Shown here in pieces: positions 1 through 12,284 of a stretch of 64,000 nucleotides of DNA. A program made the position numbers and the translations under genes. The stretch spans positions 48,422,001 through 48,486,000 of the forward strand of contig NC_043009.1 of the NCBI RefSeq assembly GCF_006345805.1, in the 5' to 3' direction. The notes beneath the pieces were generated by a model that worked only from the letters and a program-made list of their open reading frames with translations, ran no database searches and had not been told where the DNA came from. Origin of the DNA: Octopus sinensis (taxonomy: Eukaryota). Every line of letters begins with the position of its first letter. Position 1 is the stretch's first letter.

Positions 1-185
1 ATGATTGCAAGCAGTAATTTAAGGCGGGCCAAAACAAACAGATCTGTTCTTTTGTTTATTTCATGATCACGTGCTATTACTATACAATAAAGAAATTTGT
101 TTCTATTGCAACAAGTTCTTATTTATATTACGTTCTAGTCACACAGTAAAACCTCAGGAATATATACATTAGATATTACATAACT

Positions 186-556
186 TTACTTGTGACCCTC
201 TTCGGTCATGAATGACAATGGGATTGCACCTAGAAAGTTACCCTCCGAGGCACAAGTCTGGGCAAGCTTGTTTGTGGAAGACCAGCAGTCGCCCACGCAT
301 ACCAGCCTCCCCCTCTCCACGCCACCGATGTTATCCAAGTGAAAGTCAAAGGCCGATACAGCTTGGTACCAGTGACGTCGCAGCTTATTTATTAACGTGC
401 AAGTGGCTGAGCACTCCACAGACACGTGTACCCTTAACGTAGTTCTCAAGGAGATTCAGCGTGACACAGAGTGCGACAAGTCTGGCCCTTTGAAATACAG
501 GTACAATAGAAACAGGAAGAGAGAGTGAGAGAAAGTTGTGGTGAAAGAGTACAGCT
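186..556 (-). mobile_element. Composite SINE remnant: H1-type body (520-556) + T1 tail (388-520) + RTE-like 3' tail (186-385)
   Basis: 520-556 matches the body of the SINEs at 11076 and 38410 (gctgtactctttcaccacaactttctctcactct). 388-520 matches the tail of the SINE at 20231 (gtgctcagccacttgcacgttaat). The RTE-like assignment of 186-385 is from recall. Confidence 0.65.
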
Positions 557-989
557 GAGTTGTAGTAAAGGAATAGGTATTTTAGCAATTTAAGCATTTC
601 CCTCGATTACCAGATGTGTACTAGTTAATAACAAATGGCCTAGTAACACACAGCAGGTTTGTGTGTGTGTGCGTGTGTACGAGAGAGCGATAAAGAGAGA
701 GGAAAATAAAGAGAGTGAGAGAAAAAGAAAGAGAAATTGCACATGACGCGAATGTTTCCTTACATCCACATCGATGCGCTGCAACTGGATTCGATAAGCT
801 GTAGCACATCGGCCGTTGCATAAGATCTTTCCTAAGACTACCCATTTTCAGTGAGAGAAGACAAGATTTGAACTGAGAACGGAGATATCTAAAACAAATA
901 CCATAACGTAGCCAGTCCAACGCTCCATAAATACTTCTTATACACCGTCCTGGATTGTCACTAAACTGACCATGAAAGGCAATAATAAT

Positions 990-1420
990 CTCAGTAGGAA
1001 TTGAACTTTGAACCATAAATTGGAAATTAGTGCTTGATAACTTAGCCAACAATTCTAACGACTTTTGCCATTCCAGCACCTGTATTCTGTCAATTAATAT
1101 AACATCTAGGCATTGTGCTAGAACAGTGGTCTGCCTGTCGGACCAAAAGCTTAGCGGCATTTTTTTTGTTCTATATTCCGAGCTCAGATTCTGCCGGAGT
1201 CAACTGTGCTGTTCAACCTTTCAGAATCGATGAAACAAGTAGAACTTGAGCACTGGGGTTGACATACTTAATTAGTCCACTCCTCTCAAAATTTCAAGCA
1301 TTGTGCCTGTAGTATAAAGAAATATCCTTTCAAGGATCGCTAAAATAAGAACCAGTTGAGCCTTGGGGATCGATGTTATCGACTAAACATCTCCGACTTG
1401 AATTTCAAGCCACGCACCTA
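990..1420. mobile_element. Decayed family-A SINE copies (minus-strand head about 990-1075; plus-strand copy about 1110-1320; plus-strand tail about 1340-1420)
   Basis: Degenerate matches to cttagcggcatttcgtc...ttctgagttcaaattccgccgaggtcgac...agcactggggtcga...ttgtgcct seen in the intact copies in this window. Confidence 0.55.
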
Positions 1421-1430
1421 TAGAAGAAAG

Positions 1431-1679
1431 AATTAATATAACTAATTGATATATACACTGCCAATTAACATACAATATATTGACATACAGGCTATCAATT
1501 AATATAACAACTATTAATTGACATATACACTCCCAATTTATACAACTATATATATTAATTGATGTATACATTACGAATTAATGCAACTATATATTAATTG
1601 CTATATTCATTACTAATTAATACAACACTATATTAATTGATGTATATAATATCAATTAATATAACAACATTTATTAACC
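1431..1679. repeat. Degenerate AT-rich minisatellite, about 7 units of 32-41 bp
   Basis: Recurring unit aattaata(c/t)aac..tattaattga(t/c)..tataca. Confidence 0.7.
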
Positions 1680-2047
1680 GGAAGCACAAGTGGTACTTCG
1701 TTTCTTAGCCTACAAGAAATAGTAAAGAAATCTTCTTCAAATATATATATTAAAAAAAACTATTCTTCAATAAGTAAGATCCCATCGAATACGCTTTAAA
1801 AGCCGAGATGAATGTGCTTCGAAAGCTTTTGGTCAAAGGGGTGTTCAATGAAAATTGATCTATTTGTTAAATTTCAACAAAAGAATTTAGAGTGGCAGAG
1901 TGGCCGTGTGGACAAGGAAAAATAAAAATAAAAATAATAGCTGAGAAGATGGTCAGTTTTAGTTTGTGATATGGCCCTGACGAAACCGAATAATCTCCAG
2001 CGGAACAGAGAGGGCAAAGTCAGAACAAAACACTCCTATAAAAATAG

Positions 2048-2370
2048 TCTGGCTCTCCGTCGGTGACGACGAAGAGTGTTCCGGTTGATACAATCAACCT
2101 AATATCCTGCTAATGAAATTAACGTGCAAGTGGCTGAGCACTCCGCAGATACGCGATACATGTAATTATCAAATGGATTCGAAGTTACACACTGTGGGTG
2201 ACAAGGCTGACCCTTTCAACAACAGGTATAACTCTTTTTGCCAGATGAGCGAACTGGAGCAACGAGAAATAAAATGACTTGCTCAAGGATACAATACGCC
2301 ACAGGGAGTCGAACTCACGGCATTAGGATTCAAAACCGAATACTCTGGCCACTAAGTAGCGTTCTGCTGC
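2048..2370 (-). mobile_element. tRNA-derived SINE, H2 head + T1 tail
   Basis: Reverse complement of the 20231-20550 copy, including the tRNA-like head, the ccttgagcaagtca central motif and the tail ending gacggagagcc. Confidence 0.75.
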
Positions 2371-2492
2371 ATTCTATAGCGTAACTCCAAGTCGGGTGTT
2401 AAAGAGTTTTGGAGTTTGTTGTTACACCTGAGTCAATAGAATTCCCAGGTATGCTATGGTTCGGGTTGTTAGTATATGTTCGGGTTGGTAGT

Positions 2493-2597
2493 AACGTACA
2501 AGTGGTAGAGCACTCCGCAGATACGCGATACATGTAATTATCAAATAGATTCAAAGTTACACACTGTGGGTGACAAGGCTGACCCTTTCAACAACAG
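2493..2597 (+). repeat. 105-bp direct duplicate of 2121-2225
   Basis: About 5 mismatches in 105 bp; shares non-consensus ccgcagatacgcgatacatgtaattatcaaat. Confidence 0.85.
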
Positions 2598-2846
2598 AAA
2601 TGAGTTAAATTATAAGGCACTAAAAGCGAATGACTCTCCCCAGACACAACAGAATATGTTTCAACACACGAACTCACATAAAGAATCTGGCAAACCATCT
2701 CCAAAAACGAAATACATATGAATTGTATTTTAAAAAGTATTAAAATATCTTGTGTATTGAATTATAACCAATATATTGTAGTTAAATTTTAATAAATTCT
2801 TATATGAACCCCAGGGAGTATATTGGTAGAAATGGTTACATTTCTG
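2598..2846 (-). mobile_element. Inverted partial copy of the left half of the hAT-like MITE at 3304-3875
   Basis: Reverse complement of about 3304-3545, roughly 90% identical by eye. Confidence 0.75.
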
Positions 2847-3303
2847 AGTCAAATAAAAAATGGAGCGATGCCTAAGGCATACGAGACTAGGAAGTAAGCT
2901 GGTTCCAAATGTTTTCACACAGCCTTATCGGTGTTTAGACATGACCTGATGTTGTGTAACTAAATTGCCTCTACCGAAGGGCTAAACAGGAACTGTACCT
3001 CAAGGGTAAGATTGAGAGGGAACAGACGACTAGTTGAGCAAATTACAAATAACGCAGCACAAAGCAACGAGAAACCACTGTCGTATCTGTCCCAAGAGAA
3101 AGTCATGATTCTTCGACTTTGGTATAAAGGACCATCAGTGCCGAGACTGCAGGCATGGCAAGTCAGGAAAGACGAAAACCCGCTGCTGCACTCTCATATA
3201 CAACGAATATATAAAAAACGTAAAAATTAATTGGCGAGTTCAATTTTCTCCACGAATATAACTGAAACAAATATGACCGTCCCTATATAGGGTTGTTTTC
3301 GAT

Positions 3304-3875
3304 CAGTGGATTCCAACGGGTGTCCATATAGTCCCTGGGGATCACATAAGAATTTATTAAAATTTAACTAAATAATTCAATACACAAAATATCTTAATAT
3401 TTTTTAAAATACAATTCATAAAATGTATTTCCTTTTTGGAGTTGGTTCGCAAGATTCTTTATGTGAGTTCGTATGTTGAAACATATTCTGTTGTGTCTGG
3501 GGAGAGTCACCCTCTTTTAGTGCCTTATAATTTAACTCATTAACTGGTAAAATTTCCCCGTATTTCTTTTTTATTTTTCTAAAATTTTCGTTGCGTGTTG
3601 CGACCTTTTTCATGGCTTTGAGAGTCAAAAATATTAAAAAGGTTGCAAGACGCAAAGAAAATTTTAGAAAAATAAAAAATAAATAAGTGGAAATTTTACC
3701 AGTGAATGAGTTAAATTATAAGGCACCAAAAGAGAATGATTCTCCCCAGACACAACATCATAATATGTAATTATAATAATATATGATGTTTTAAAACATC
3801 GTGTGGCTAGGAAGGTCCTTCCGACTAAAATAGGAATTAAGGGGGTTCACAAATAAAAGTGGTTGAGAGACACTG
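3304..3875 (+). mobile_element. hAT (Charlie-like) non-autonomous element with internal 122-bp-arm palindrome
   Basis: Ends CAGTGGATTCCAAC and GTTGAGAGACACTG resemble the CAGTGG/TTTCYCAAC hAT TIR. Internal inverted arms at 3489-3610 and 3636-3757. The 8-bp TSD is poorly preserved (ttttcgat / ctcgagat). Confidence 0.6.
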
Positions 3876-4199
3876 CTCGAGATGCACACCGTAGGGGCAC
3901 AAAGGCTTCAATGGTGTCATCCAAAACTAATCGATTATCGAACTCAATGCATATGTAACAGAGAGGAGGTTATATGTCAAATGTATCAGCTCTTTAGAAC
4001 ATTCTGGAGGCATCACAATGCAGAAGCAACAGTGAAGTAGCAATGAGCGGCAATGAGTGCATCACGAATAACTGAAGTAAAGAAGAAAACGAACGCAGCT
4101 GCAACAGAACCAACAGCAGCAGCAGCAACAGAAGCAGCGGCACAAGCAGCAGCAGCAGCAGCTCGGTATTGTAATTAGGTCAGTTATCATAAGTCACAA

Positions 4200-4310
4200 G
4201 ACGCTCTTATACATAGATACACGCATACATAAACAATACACGAACATGCACACGTACACACACACGCAAACACACACATATATATATATAATATGTATAT
4301 ATATATATGA

Positions 4311-4355
<45 letters not shown>

Positions 4356-4877
4356 ATATATATATATGTAAATATATACTCACTCATGTATATATATATT
4401 TACATATAGACATATATATATATATAAATGTACATATATATACATACACACATACATTTATATATATATACATAAATTACATATATATATATATATATAT
4501 GTACATATATATATAGACATACATATATACACTGAATAAGTGGAAATCCGAAGGAGCAATATCTAGTGAATATGGAGGGTGGGGTAACACATCCCAACCG
4601 AACTGCAGCAAATATATGTGTGCATATGTATGTGTATGTCCTGTATAAACAGAAATGTACACACTCACACGCATACATATTCATATATACATAGACTCTC
4701 ATACACACATATTTGCACATGTATAAATCCATCGATCCATGTATACGCACTCACATATACATTTATATATATATGTGCATATGCACGTGTACATATGTTT
4801 GCGTTTATTTGTCTGTTTACATCTATGCGATACACACACGCACACATATGTATATATATGTATGTATATATATATAC

Positions 4878-4955
<78 letters not shown>

Positions 4956-4988
4956 ATGTATGTGTGTATATGTATATATGTATATGTA

Positions 4989-5040
<52 letters not shown>

Positions 5041-5060
5041 TATACATGCATACAAAGCAT
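4200..5060. repeat. Compound (TA)n/(TACA)n/(CA)n microsatellite field
   Basis: Directly visible; source of the poly-IY ORFs. Confidence 0.95.
4532..4611 (-). mobile_element. 80-bp internal mariner transposase fragment embedded in (TA)n
   Basis: Encodes [27 protein letters not shown]; 74/80 identical to 10568-10647; no TIR. Confidence 0.85.
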
Positions 5061-5169
5061 GAATTTAAATGAAATTTCATGGAGACAATACTAAACTTAG
5101 TTCTGCAAACGAAACATGGATGAAAGACAATAATAACAATATAAACAAAATACTTTCCAGAAAGTTCCA

Positions 5170-5210
5170 GAACAGATAATAACAACAACAGCAACAATAG
5201 CAACAACATC

Positions 5211-5274
<64 letters not shown>

Positions 5275-5339
5275 TAATAATGATAATAACAACAACAATA
5301 TTATTATTAATAAAAATAACAATACCAACGACAACAGCC

Positions 5340-5404
<65 letters not shown>

Positions 5405-5410
5405 TAGTAA

Positions 5411-5441
<31 letters not shown>

Positions 5442-6181
5442 AATATTAATAATAATAATGTCTTTCATCATCTCCAGCTTTATCTTGATCGAATGTTATC
5501 CCCCCCATCTCACCCACCGTGACAATCAATTTTCTAATTAAACTAACTACAAAATCTTTCTCTCTCTCCCTCTCTTTTATTTTTGTTGTTATTATTGTTG
5601 TTGTTGTTCTATTAATTTGAATTTTTGTTCTATTTCCTTCTGCATTTGTTGTTGTTGTCGTTTCCTCTCAGTATTACTAAAATCCTTGTTGTTTATATCT
5701 GTTTGTCATTATCGTTTCTATCATTACCAAAATTATTAATATTAGTATTATTTATGGAATATTAGTATTATTTATGGAATCAGTCGCATTGTCATCATCA
5801 TCTCCGTTCTCTTGTGGCTATCATAGTCCTCCTCCTCCTCCTCCTCCTCCTCCTCGTCATCATCATCATTATCATCATCATCATCATCTTCATTATCATC
5901 ATCAACATCATCATCATCATCCACCTTGTCGCTGTTATTATCGGCGACATCGTGATCGTCATGATTTTTGCACTCTAGCTTAATTTTCATTAGTGTAAGT
6001 CATGAGAAACATTATTATTATTATTATTATTATTATTAGTATTGTTGTTGTTGTTGTTGTTGTTATCAATCTCACTCATATTCGACTACCATCGGCAAAC
6101 AGCATCATCATCATTATCACGTTTTTGTTCCCGTACATTGTTGCTCCACTCATCGACCTCACGCGCACTATTCAAATATCG

Positions 6182-6216
<35 letters not shown>

Positions 6217-6230
6217 TCATTATTAAAGCT
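5170..6230. repeat. Trinucleotide microsatellite field (AAT, AAG, TGT, TCA, CCT, TAC)
   Basis: Directly visible. Confidence 0.9.
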
Positions 6231-6565
6231 ATTACATTCTTTGTGATGAGTTAGATATGTTGAAAAGCCATTTTCACTGAGGTTACCTGTTGAGAAAATT
6301 TTTGCTTCAGTCAACAGGTGTTATGATACAAACAGCTATTTCAGGGTGCCCTCAGTGGATCAATGAATCTCGGTAGCCGTCATCAGTACCGGTTACCAAT
6401 AACTGACAACCCTCAAGTGACTGCAAATTATTGCTTCTTTATATGTTACTTGCTGGTCTGGTAACAAGACACCCGAATACTGAAGAATCTCTTATTAGTA
6501 TTGTACTCTTCAGAATTGTACTTTTTCGCTGGTCAGCATTGCCATTACAGTTCTAATATTTAAGG

Positions 6566-6995
6566 GGCGGGCTGGCAGAAACGTTAGCACGCTGAGCAAA
6601 ATGGTTAGCGGTATTTCGCCTTCCGTTACGTTCTGAGTTCAAATTCCGCCGAGTTCGACTTTGCCTTTCATCCTTTCGGGGTCGATTAAATAAGTACCAT
6701 TTGCGCACTGGGGTCAATGTAATCGACTTAATCCCTTTGTCTATCCTTGTTTGTCTCCTATATGTTTAGCCCCTTGTGGGCAATAAATAAATAAGAAATG
6801 TTAACGCGCTGGGCGAAATGCTTAGCGGTATTTCGTCTGTCTTCACGTTCTGAGTTTAAATATCACCGAGGTCGACTTTGCCTTTCATCCTTTAGGGGTC
6901 GATAAATTTAAGTACCAGTTGCGTCCTGGGGTCAATGTAACCGACTGGCCCCCACCCCCAAAATGTTGAGCATTGTGCCTAGAATAGAAAAAATT
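6566..6995 (+). mobile_element. Family-A SINE dimer (tail type i unit followed by tail type ii unit)
   Basis: Head ggcg(agc)tggcagaaacgttagcacg, B-box-like gagttcaaattcc, central gactttgcctttcatcctttcggggtcgat. The second unit re-enters at agaaatgtt (6794). Confidence 0.85.
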
Positions 6996-7279
6996 ACAAT
7001 TCTAATATCTATCAACCTTTTAGTGAGCAATTTTGTAGTTTCCGTGATTAGATGGTTTTCAACTCTGTTTGAAGGAATTATTTTAAATTTGGAACTTTAT
7101 CTACGCAAGGATCCCTGTTGTCAATTTTGGAAGTGTACTGCGTGCTAAAGAAGACAACGAGGATATTGTTTTAAAAATTCCATTTTTCATTCATCGTATA
7201 ACTCTAAGTACCTGACAGCATCTCCATTACCCGCGATTTTTCCCTGCATAAGTACAGAAAAAAATTATTAACGATGCAG

Positions 7280-7692
7280 GTGTTCAGTAGCACATGGTTC
7301 AGGGTTCAGTCCCCCTGAGTAGTACCTTGGGCAAGTGTCGTCTATTATAGCCTCGGGCCAACCAAAGCTGCTTTGTGAGTGGATTTGTTTGATTGAAACT
7401 GACAGAAGGCCGTCGTATGTCTGTATATATAAGTGTGTGTGTATGTGTGTGTGTATATGTGTGTGTGTGAGTGTGTGTGACTGTGTCTGTGTTTGTCCCC
7501 CGTACCGCTTGACAACCGGTGTTGGTGTGTTTACGCCTCTGAAACATAGCAGTTCGACAACAAGGGGCTGATAGAATAAGTATCAGGCTTCTAAAAAATA
7601 ATGGGATCGATTTGTTCGACTAAAAACCTTCCAGGCTGTGCCCCAGCATGGCGGAAGTTAAATGACTGAAACAGGTAAAAGTTAAAGGATTA
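7280..7692 (+). mobile_element. Family-C tRNA-derived SINE with internal (TG)n
   Basis: Colinear with the 56219-56620 copy. Confidence 0.8.
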
Positions 7693-8964
7693 AAGATGAT
7701 GACGGTAGGCGATTACCAAACAGAAAAAGGTGAAAACCTACTTAAAACATCAAGAATTACAAATTGAAAACTTTTAGAAATAGAAAATAAAATAACAAAA
7801 ACAAATCCAACAAAACTAAGTCCAATGAGTTGCTTAAAGGTAACTAGGTGGAAGGAGAAGCACCACAGGAATATTCCATTCGCCACAAAAGAGGGCTTCG
7901 GAATCAGCTCCCTGCGAAGTGTATGCCATTTGCTGTAAAGAGGAATTTGTTTAACACCCAAATGAAATAATATTCATAACGTATCGCAAAAACAGTACAA
8001 ACCTTATACAAAATGTTTATGGCATGCGCGGGTTCTTGCTCAACGAAATACTGGAAGGAGAAGAGGACAGGGTGGGAGGAGAAATAGAAAAAAAAAAGAA
8101 AAAAAAGGAAGTTCGATTTCCAATTAAATGTTCCGATAACATTTACAGCCTATATAATCGAACTAAATATTCTATTTATACATTCCTGTCTTGAATCAGA
8201 TCCCAGACAATACATACGAAACTTGAAACAAAACAAAACAAGAACTAGAGCTTGATTAAACCCATTAAAGCGGTGCTCCAGCATGGCTGTAACCTAATCA
8301 CTGAAGTCAGTAAAAGATAAAAGATACACACACACGCACACACATACACACATTAAAAGGCCAAGTAACTTGTTCTCTTGTCTTTACAAAACCACACTTA
8401 TATAGCAATATATAAAACCAACGTTATTCTTCTATTTAGCAGATTTTTGCATAATAAGCAATATTATATTATATTAAACAGCGATTGATTTTTCCTTTAA
8501 AAAATATATAAATAGAAAATATTGAAAATATTTTAATACGATTTAGGAAGTTGAATATTTTTGTCATCTTTGCTTAATATTTCTATCGCTGTTCTTGCTA
8601 TTGTTGTTGGCGTTGTTACTATTTATATTTGTTTTTCTTGTTTTATTTCTTTCTTAGTCTTTCCCTGTGACTTTCTCTCTCTCTCTGTCTCTCTTTCTCT
8701 TTCTATCTCTCATTCACTCTCTAATCTTCTTTTTGCTTCTTCTCACTAATGTTTGGAAAACCCAATCATTACACACATAGACGAACACATCACACATATG
8801 CGTGCGCCGACTTGCAGACCTAGATACGTTTGCTTACACACAAGTACATGTAGATAAAAGCATAAATATATTTGGCTACATAAATATCAAAATACATATT
8901 CTAAACTAAAAATAGAAGAGCACATATCTCTACTGAAGCGCGCAAATATGCTTATGTATATAAG

Positions 8965-9008
<44 letters not shown>

Positions 9009-9486
9009 GTGTGTGTGTGTGCGTGTGCGTGTGTGTTTGTGAGTGTGTGTATGTATGTGTGTGTATATGAAATAATGGATTAGCTAAGATTGTTGGTGCA
9101 GTACTGTGAGAACCTTGAATCATTCCTTTCGCAATCTCAGCTAAATAAGGGATTATATATGGCCTACGATACAGATCGCATTGACACTTATAGTATGTAC
9201 TTTCCCAATGCGGTAGCGGGGCAGTATGATAGGTGTCTGTATGTATGTGTGTATGCGCATCTATCTCTCTCTCTCTCTCTCTCTCTGTACATATATATAT
9301 ATTAGAGGTATTTGAGGAGTGTAAAGTCAACGTTTAGCCATTTTTGTTCGCATGTATACACTAATCCCGAGAGCTAGAACCTGACACGATCCCAGGTTCC
9401 AGTTACAGGTTAACTCATTAGGAATTCCTTTTAGGAGAAGGAAAATCGTTCAAAAGACAGCAAAACAAAGCAAAACACAAACTAAA

Positions 9487-9879
9487 TCTCTCTATATATA
9501 AAGCTGAAGTTATCTGTATATGCCAGGTTTGGTAGCCTTCAACTAACACTATCTCCTCCGAGACCCTGCGGCGCAAGTTGACCAAAATTGAAAGTATGAT
9601 AGAAGAAGGCTTGCTCTTCCTTACGTAGAAGAGGAAATTCAAATCGGACCATGTTAACACCAAAAATTATTTACATAAAAAAGGTGCATTTTTTTCTATG
9701 AAAATCCCTATGTTTTACGATTTTTTTACTGCTTTGTCGCCATTTTTCGGTGTATTTCAACCAGAAAAATGTTCACTTAAAGAGAATAACAAGCTACATA
9801 ATGCAAAATGTTTACTTTTCAAAAATTCCAATTCTAAAAGGTCGAAACAAACCCGAGCAACGCCGGGCGATACAGCTAG
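9487..9879 (+). mobile_element. Non-autonomous Helitron-like element (393 bp)
   Basis: Starts TC after an A (A|TCTCTCTATATATAAA). Subterminal hairpin CCCG-agcaacgc-CGGG at 9852-9867. Ends CTAG (9876-9879) followed by T. No TSD, as expected for rolling-circle insertion at AT. Confidence 0.7.
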
Positions 9880-9934
9880 TATAAGAATAAAAAGGAATAC
9901 ATACATACATATATATAAATATGTGTGTGTGTTT

Positions 9935-10280
9935 AAATCTTTAGAGTGTTTCGGCTAAAAGCTGCGGTCATGCTGTGGCACCACCGCTGGCTGTGCCATA
10001 CATTATTTGAAAACTCCTCTAATATGTGGACATTGGTGAATGAAGCAGTTTGATGCAGCTGCCCCTATCTGTGTTTCCTTCCATGAAGAAGGCTCATCTC
10101 CAGCCCTTGACCGGAGAGTGTGTATATATATTTATATATATGGATGTGTGTGTGTGTATACATATGTCTGTGTGTGCGCGCGTGTGTGGATGGGTGTGGG
10201 TGTGCGCGTCTGTGTATGTGTGTATATGTGCGTGTGTTTGTGTATGTGTGTGTTTGCTATATACAATAGATTCAGAAATA
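9935..10280 (+). repeat. Composite block duplicated at 12791-12993
   Basis: Same order of SINE-C end, tatttgaaaactcctctaatatgtgg...gatgcagctgccc, TG repeat and tttgctatatacaat(a/g)gattcagaaata. Confidence 0.75.
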
Positions 10281-10319
10281 TATTAAATAACCATTTATGT
10301 ATCATTCTTACTGTAAGTA

Positions 10320-10790
10320 TTGGGTTGTCCGGAAAGTTCGTGCCGACGTTTAAAGGAAAGAAAAAAGTAAATAAATACTTGCCATTGCATTTTTAATCAA
10401 CCAAATATGAACCATTTATTTGCACAATGTGTCTCCATCTTACCTTTAACTTAAAAATACCCTCTTCCCAGAATTGAGGCGGTTTCATGGCAAAGAATTC
10501 ATCAATGTATCTTTTTACGTCATCCAAGGAATTGAAATTTTTACCATTAAGACTAATCTGCAAAGACCTGAATAAGTGGAAATCCGAAGGGGCAATATCT
10601 GGTGAATATGGAGGGTGGGGTAACACATCTCAGCCGAGCTGCAACAATTTTTGTCTGGTTCCCAAAGCATCAAGTCCCGAAAATGAACTTTCTTATCTTC
10701 CATTTTAAAGTGTTACAGAACTTACACAGTTTATAAGGACATAAACCTTCTACTAAACTGTGAAGCCAGTCGCCATATCAAAGTGACAGT
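10320..10790 (-). mobile_element. Internally deleted mariner (Tc1/mariner DD34D-type) element
   Basis: TA (10318-10319) then TIR-like TTGGGTTGTCCGGAAAGTTCGTGCCGA. C-terminal transposase [20 protein letters not shown]...WEEGIFKLKVRW...NGSYL (YSPD motif). N-terminal MEDKKVHFRDLMLWE is fused directly to the C-terminal part. Second TIR not found. Confidence 0.9.
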
Positions 10791-11039
10791 TGAATGTTAC
10801 TGTTCGTTTAACCCCAGGCAGTTTCTCTGCCAGCTGGTTATCGGTGCAATACTCTTCACCCTTAATATACAATATATTGTTAGCAGGCGGAGTGAACCCC
10901 TGCCACCGTCTAGCAGGTATCAAGATCGGGAGACTGAGTCAGTTTCGAGCTATTAGGATTGTCCTCAGTTGCGCCACCACCTCCACCATCACTCTGCTAC
11001 CACCTTCACCATCACCTGTACACATAAATACACACACGC

Positions 11040-11072
<33 letters not shown>

Positions 11073-11075
11073 TAG

Positions 11076-11365
11076 TGGAGGCGCAATGTCCTAGTGGTTA
11101 GGTCAGCGGATTCGCGGTTGTAGGATAGTGGTTTCGATTCCCAGACCGGGCGTTGTGAGTGTTTATTTAGCGAAAACACATAAAAAGCTCCACGAGTCTC
11201 CGGCAGGGGGTGGTGGCGATCCCTGCTGTACTCTTTCGACACAACTCTCTCTCACTCTTTCTTCTGTTGGCCTGCCGCTTAGCCAGTGGGGTGGCGTCAT
11301 TTGAAGGCTAAAACAATGCGAAGCGCATTGTGACCAGCAATGTGAAGCCTGGTCGGTCACGGTGA
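11076..11365 (+). mobile_element. tRNA-derived SINE, H1 head + T2 tail
   Basis: A-box-like tgtcctagtgg, B-box-like gtttcgattcc. Body shared with 38220-38410; tail differs. Confidence 0.8.
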
Positions 11366-11438
11366 TCACGGTGATTTCAGTGATACATACATACATACAT
11401 ACATACATACATACATACATACATACACACACACACAA

Positions 11439-11481
<43 letters not shown>

Positions 11482-11504
11482 CACACATATATATATGCAT
11501 ACAT

Positions 11505-11557
<53 letters not shown>

Positions 11558-11924
11558 TATATGTATATATGAAACGTGCTAGCGGGATTAATATACCAGC
11601 TGTTTCCTGTTGAAGCGTATCTATTTGTTTTGTCATTACCATCCAGCTACACACCTGACTATCAATGCTGCTCCTGATTATTAACTGAATAAAAGCGATT
11701 CATCGAAGCATAAAATTTGTATTATCTAATTTCTCTGTCAAAAGTATTCCTAAGAGCAACTTCCTGGCATGTCTATCTAACATGTAAAACTCAATAAATC
11801 CTATTAGTAAACGAAACATGTGTAATGGTGAATATATAATATCAATACATTATCCAATTCTCTGTGTATATATATCGAAGGGATACGAAAATCTTTCTGG
11901 AAGTCGCTAACGAGAATGCCAGAT

Positions 11925-12284
11925 GCATTTCGGCTACGTTGAGTGTTGAGCAAACCGACCCGAGAACTTATTCTTTGGAAGCCTAATACTTATTCTATCG
12001 GTCTCTTTTGCCGAACTGCTAAGTTCCGGGGATGTAAGCACACCAGCATCGGTTGTCAAGCGATGTTGGAGGGAGAAAGACAGACATACAGACGTATACA
12101 CACACACACACACACATACACAGATATATACATATATACGACGGTCTACCAAATACACTCACAAGGATTTGGTCGGCCCGAGGCTATAGTAGATGACACT
12201 TGCCCAAGGTGCCACGCAGTGGGACTGAACCCGGATCCATGTGGTTCGTAAGCAAGCTACTTACCACACAGCCACTCCTACGCC
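11925..12284 (-). mobile_element. Family-C SINE
   Basis: Reverse complement of the 56219 copy, with internal (CA)n. Confidence 0.85.

Noticed and set aside
621-1160. 179-aa minus-strand ORF ending ...HRCGC, superficially cystine-knot-like
   Set aside because: The N-terminal part overlaps decayed SINE heads (990-1160) and the C-terminus runs into GA/CA repeats. No cystine-knot spacing and no splice support.
1972-2020. CTGACGA...GAAC hammerhead-like string
   Set aside because: GAAA is incomplete and there is no NUH triplet or proper stem II closure.
4187-5212. Numerous poly-IY, CV and HT ORFs here and at 18.8, 23, 31, 53-55 and 58-59 kb
   Set aside because: Dinucleotide and tetranucleotide microsatellite translations.
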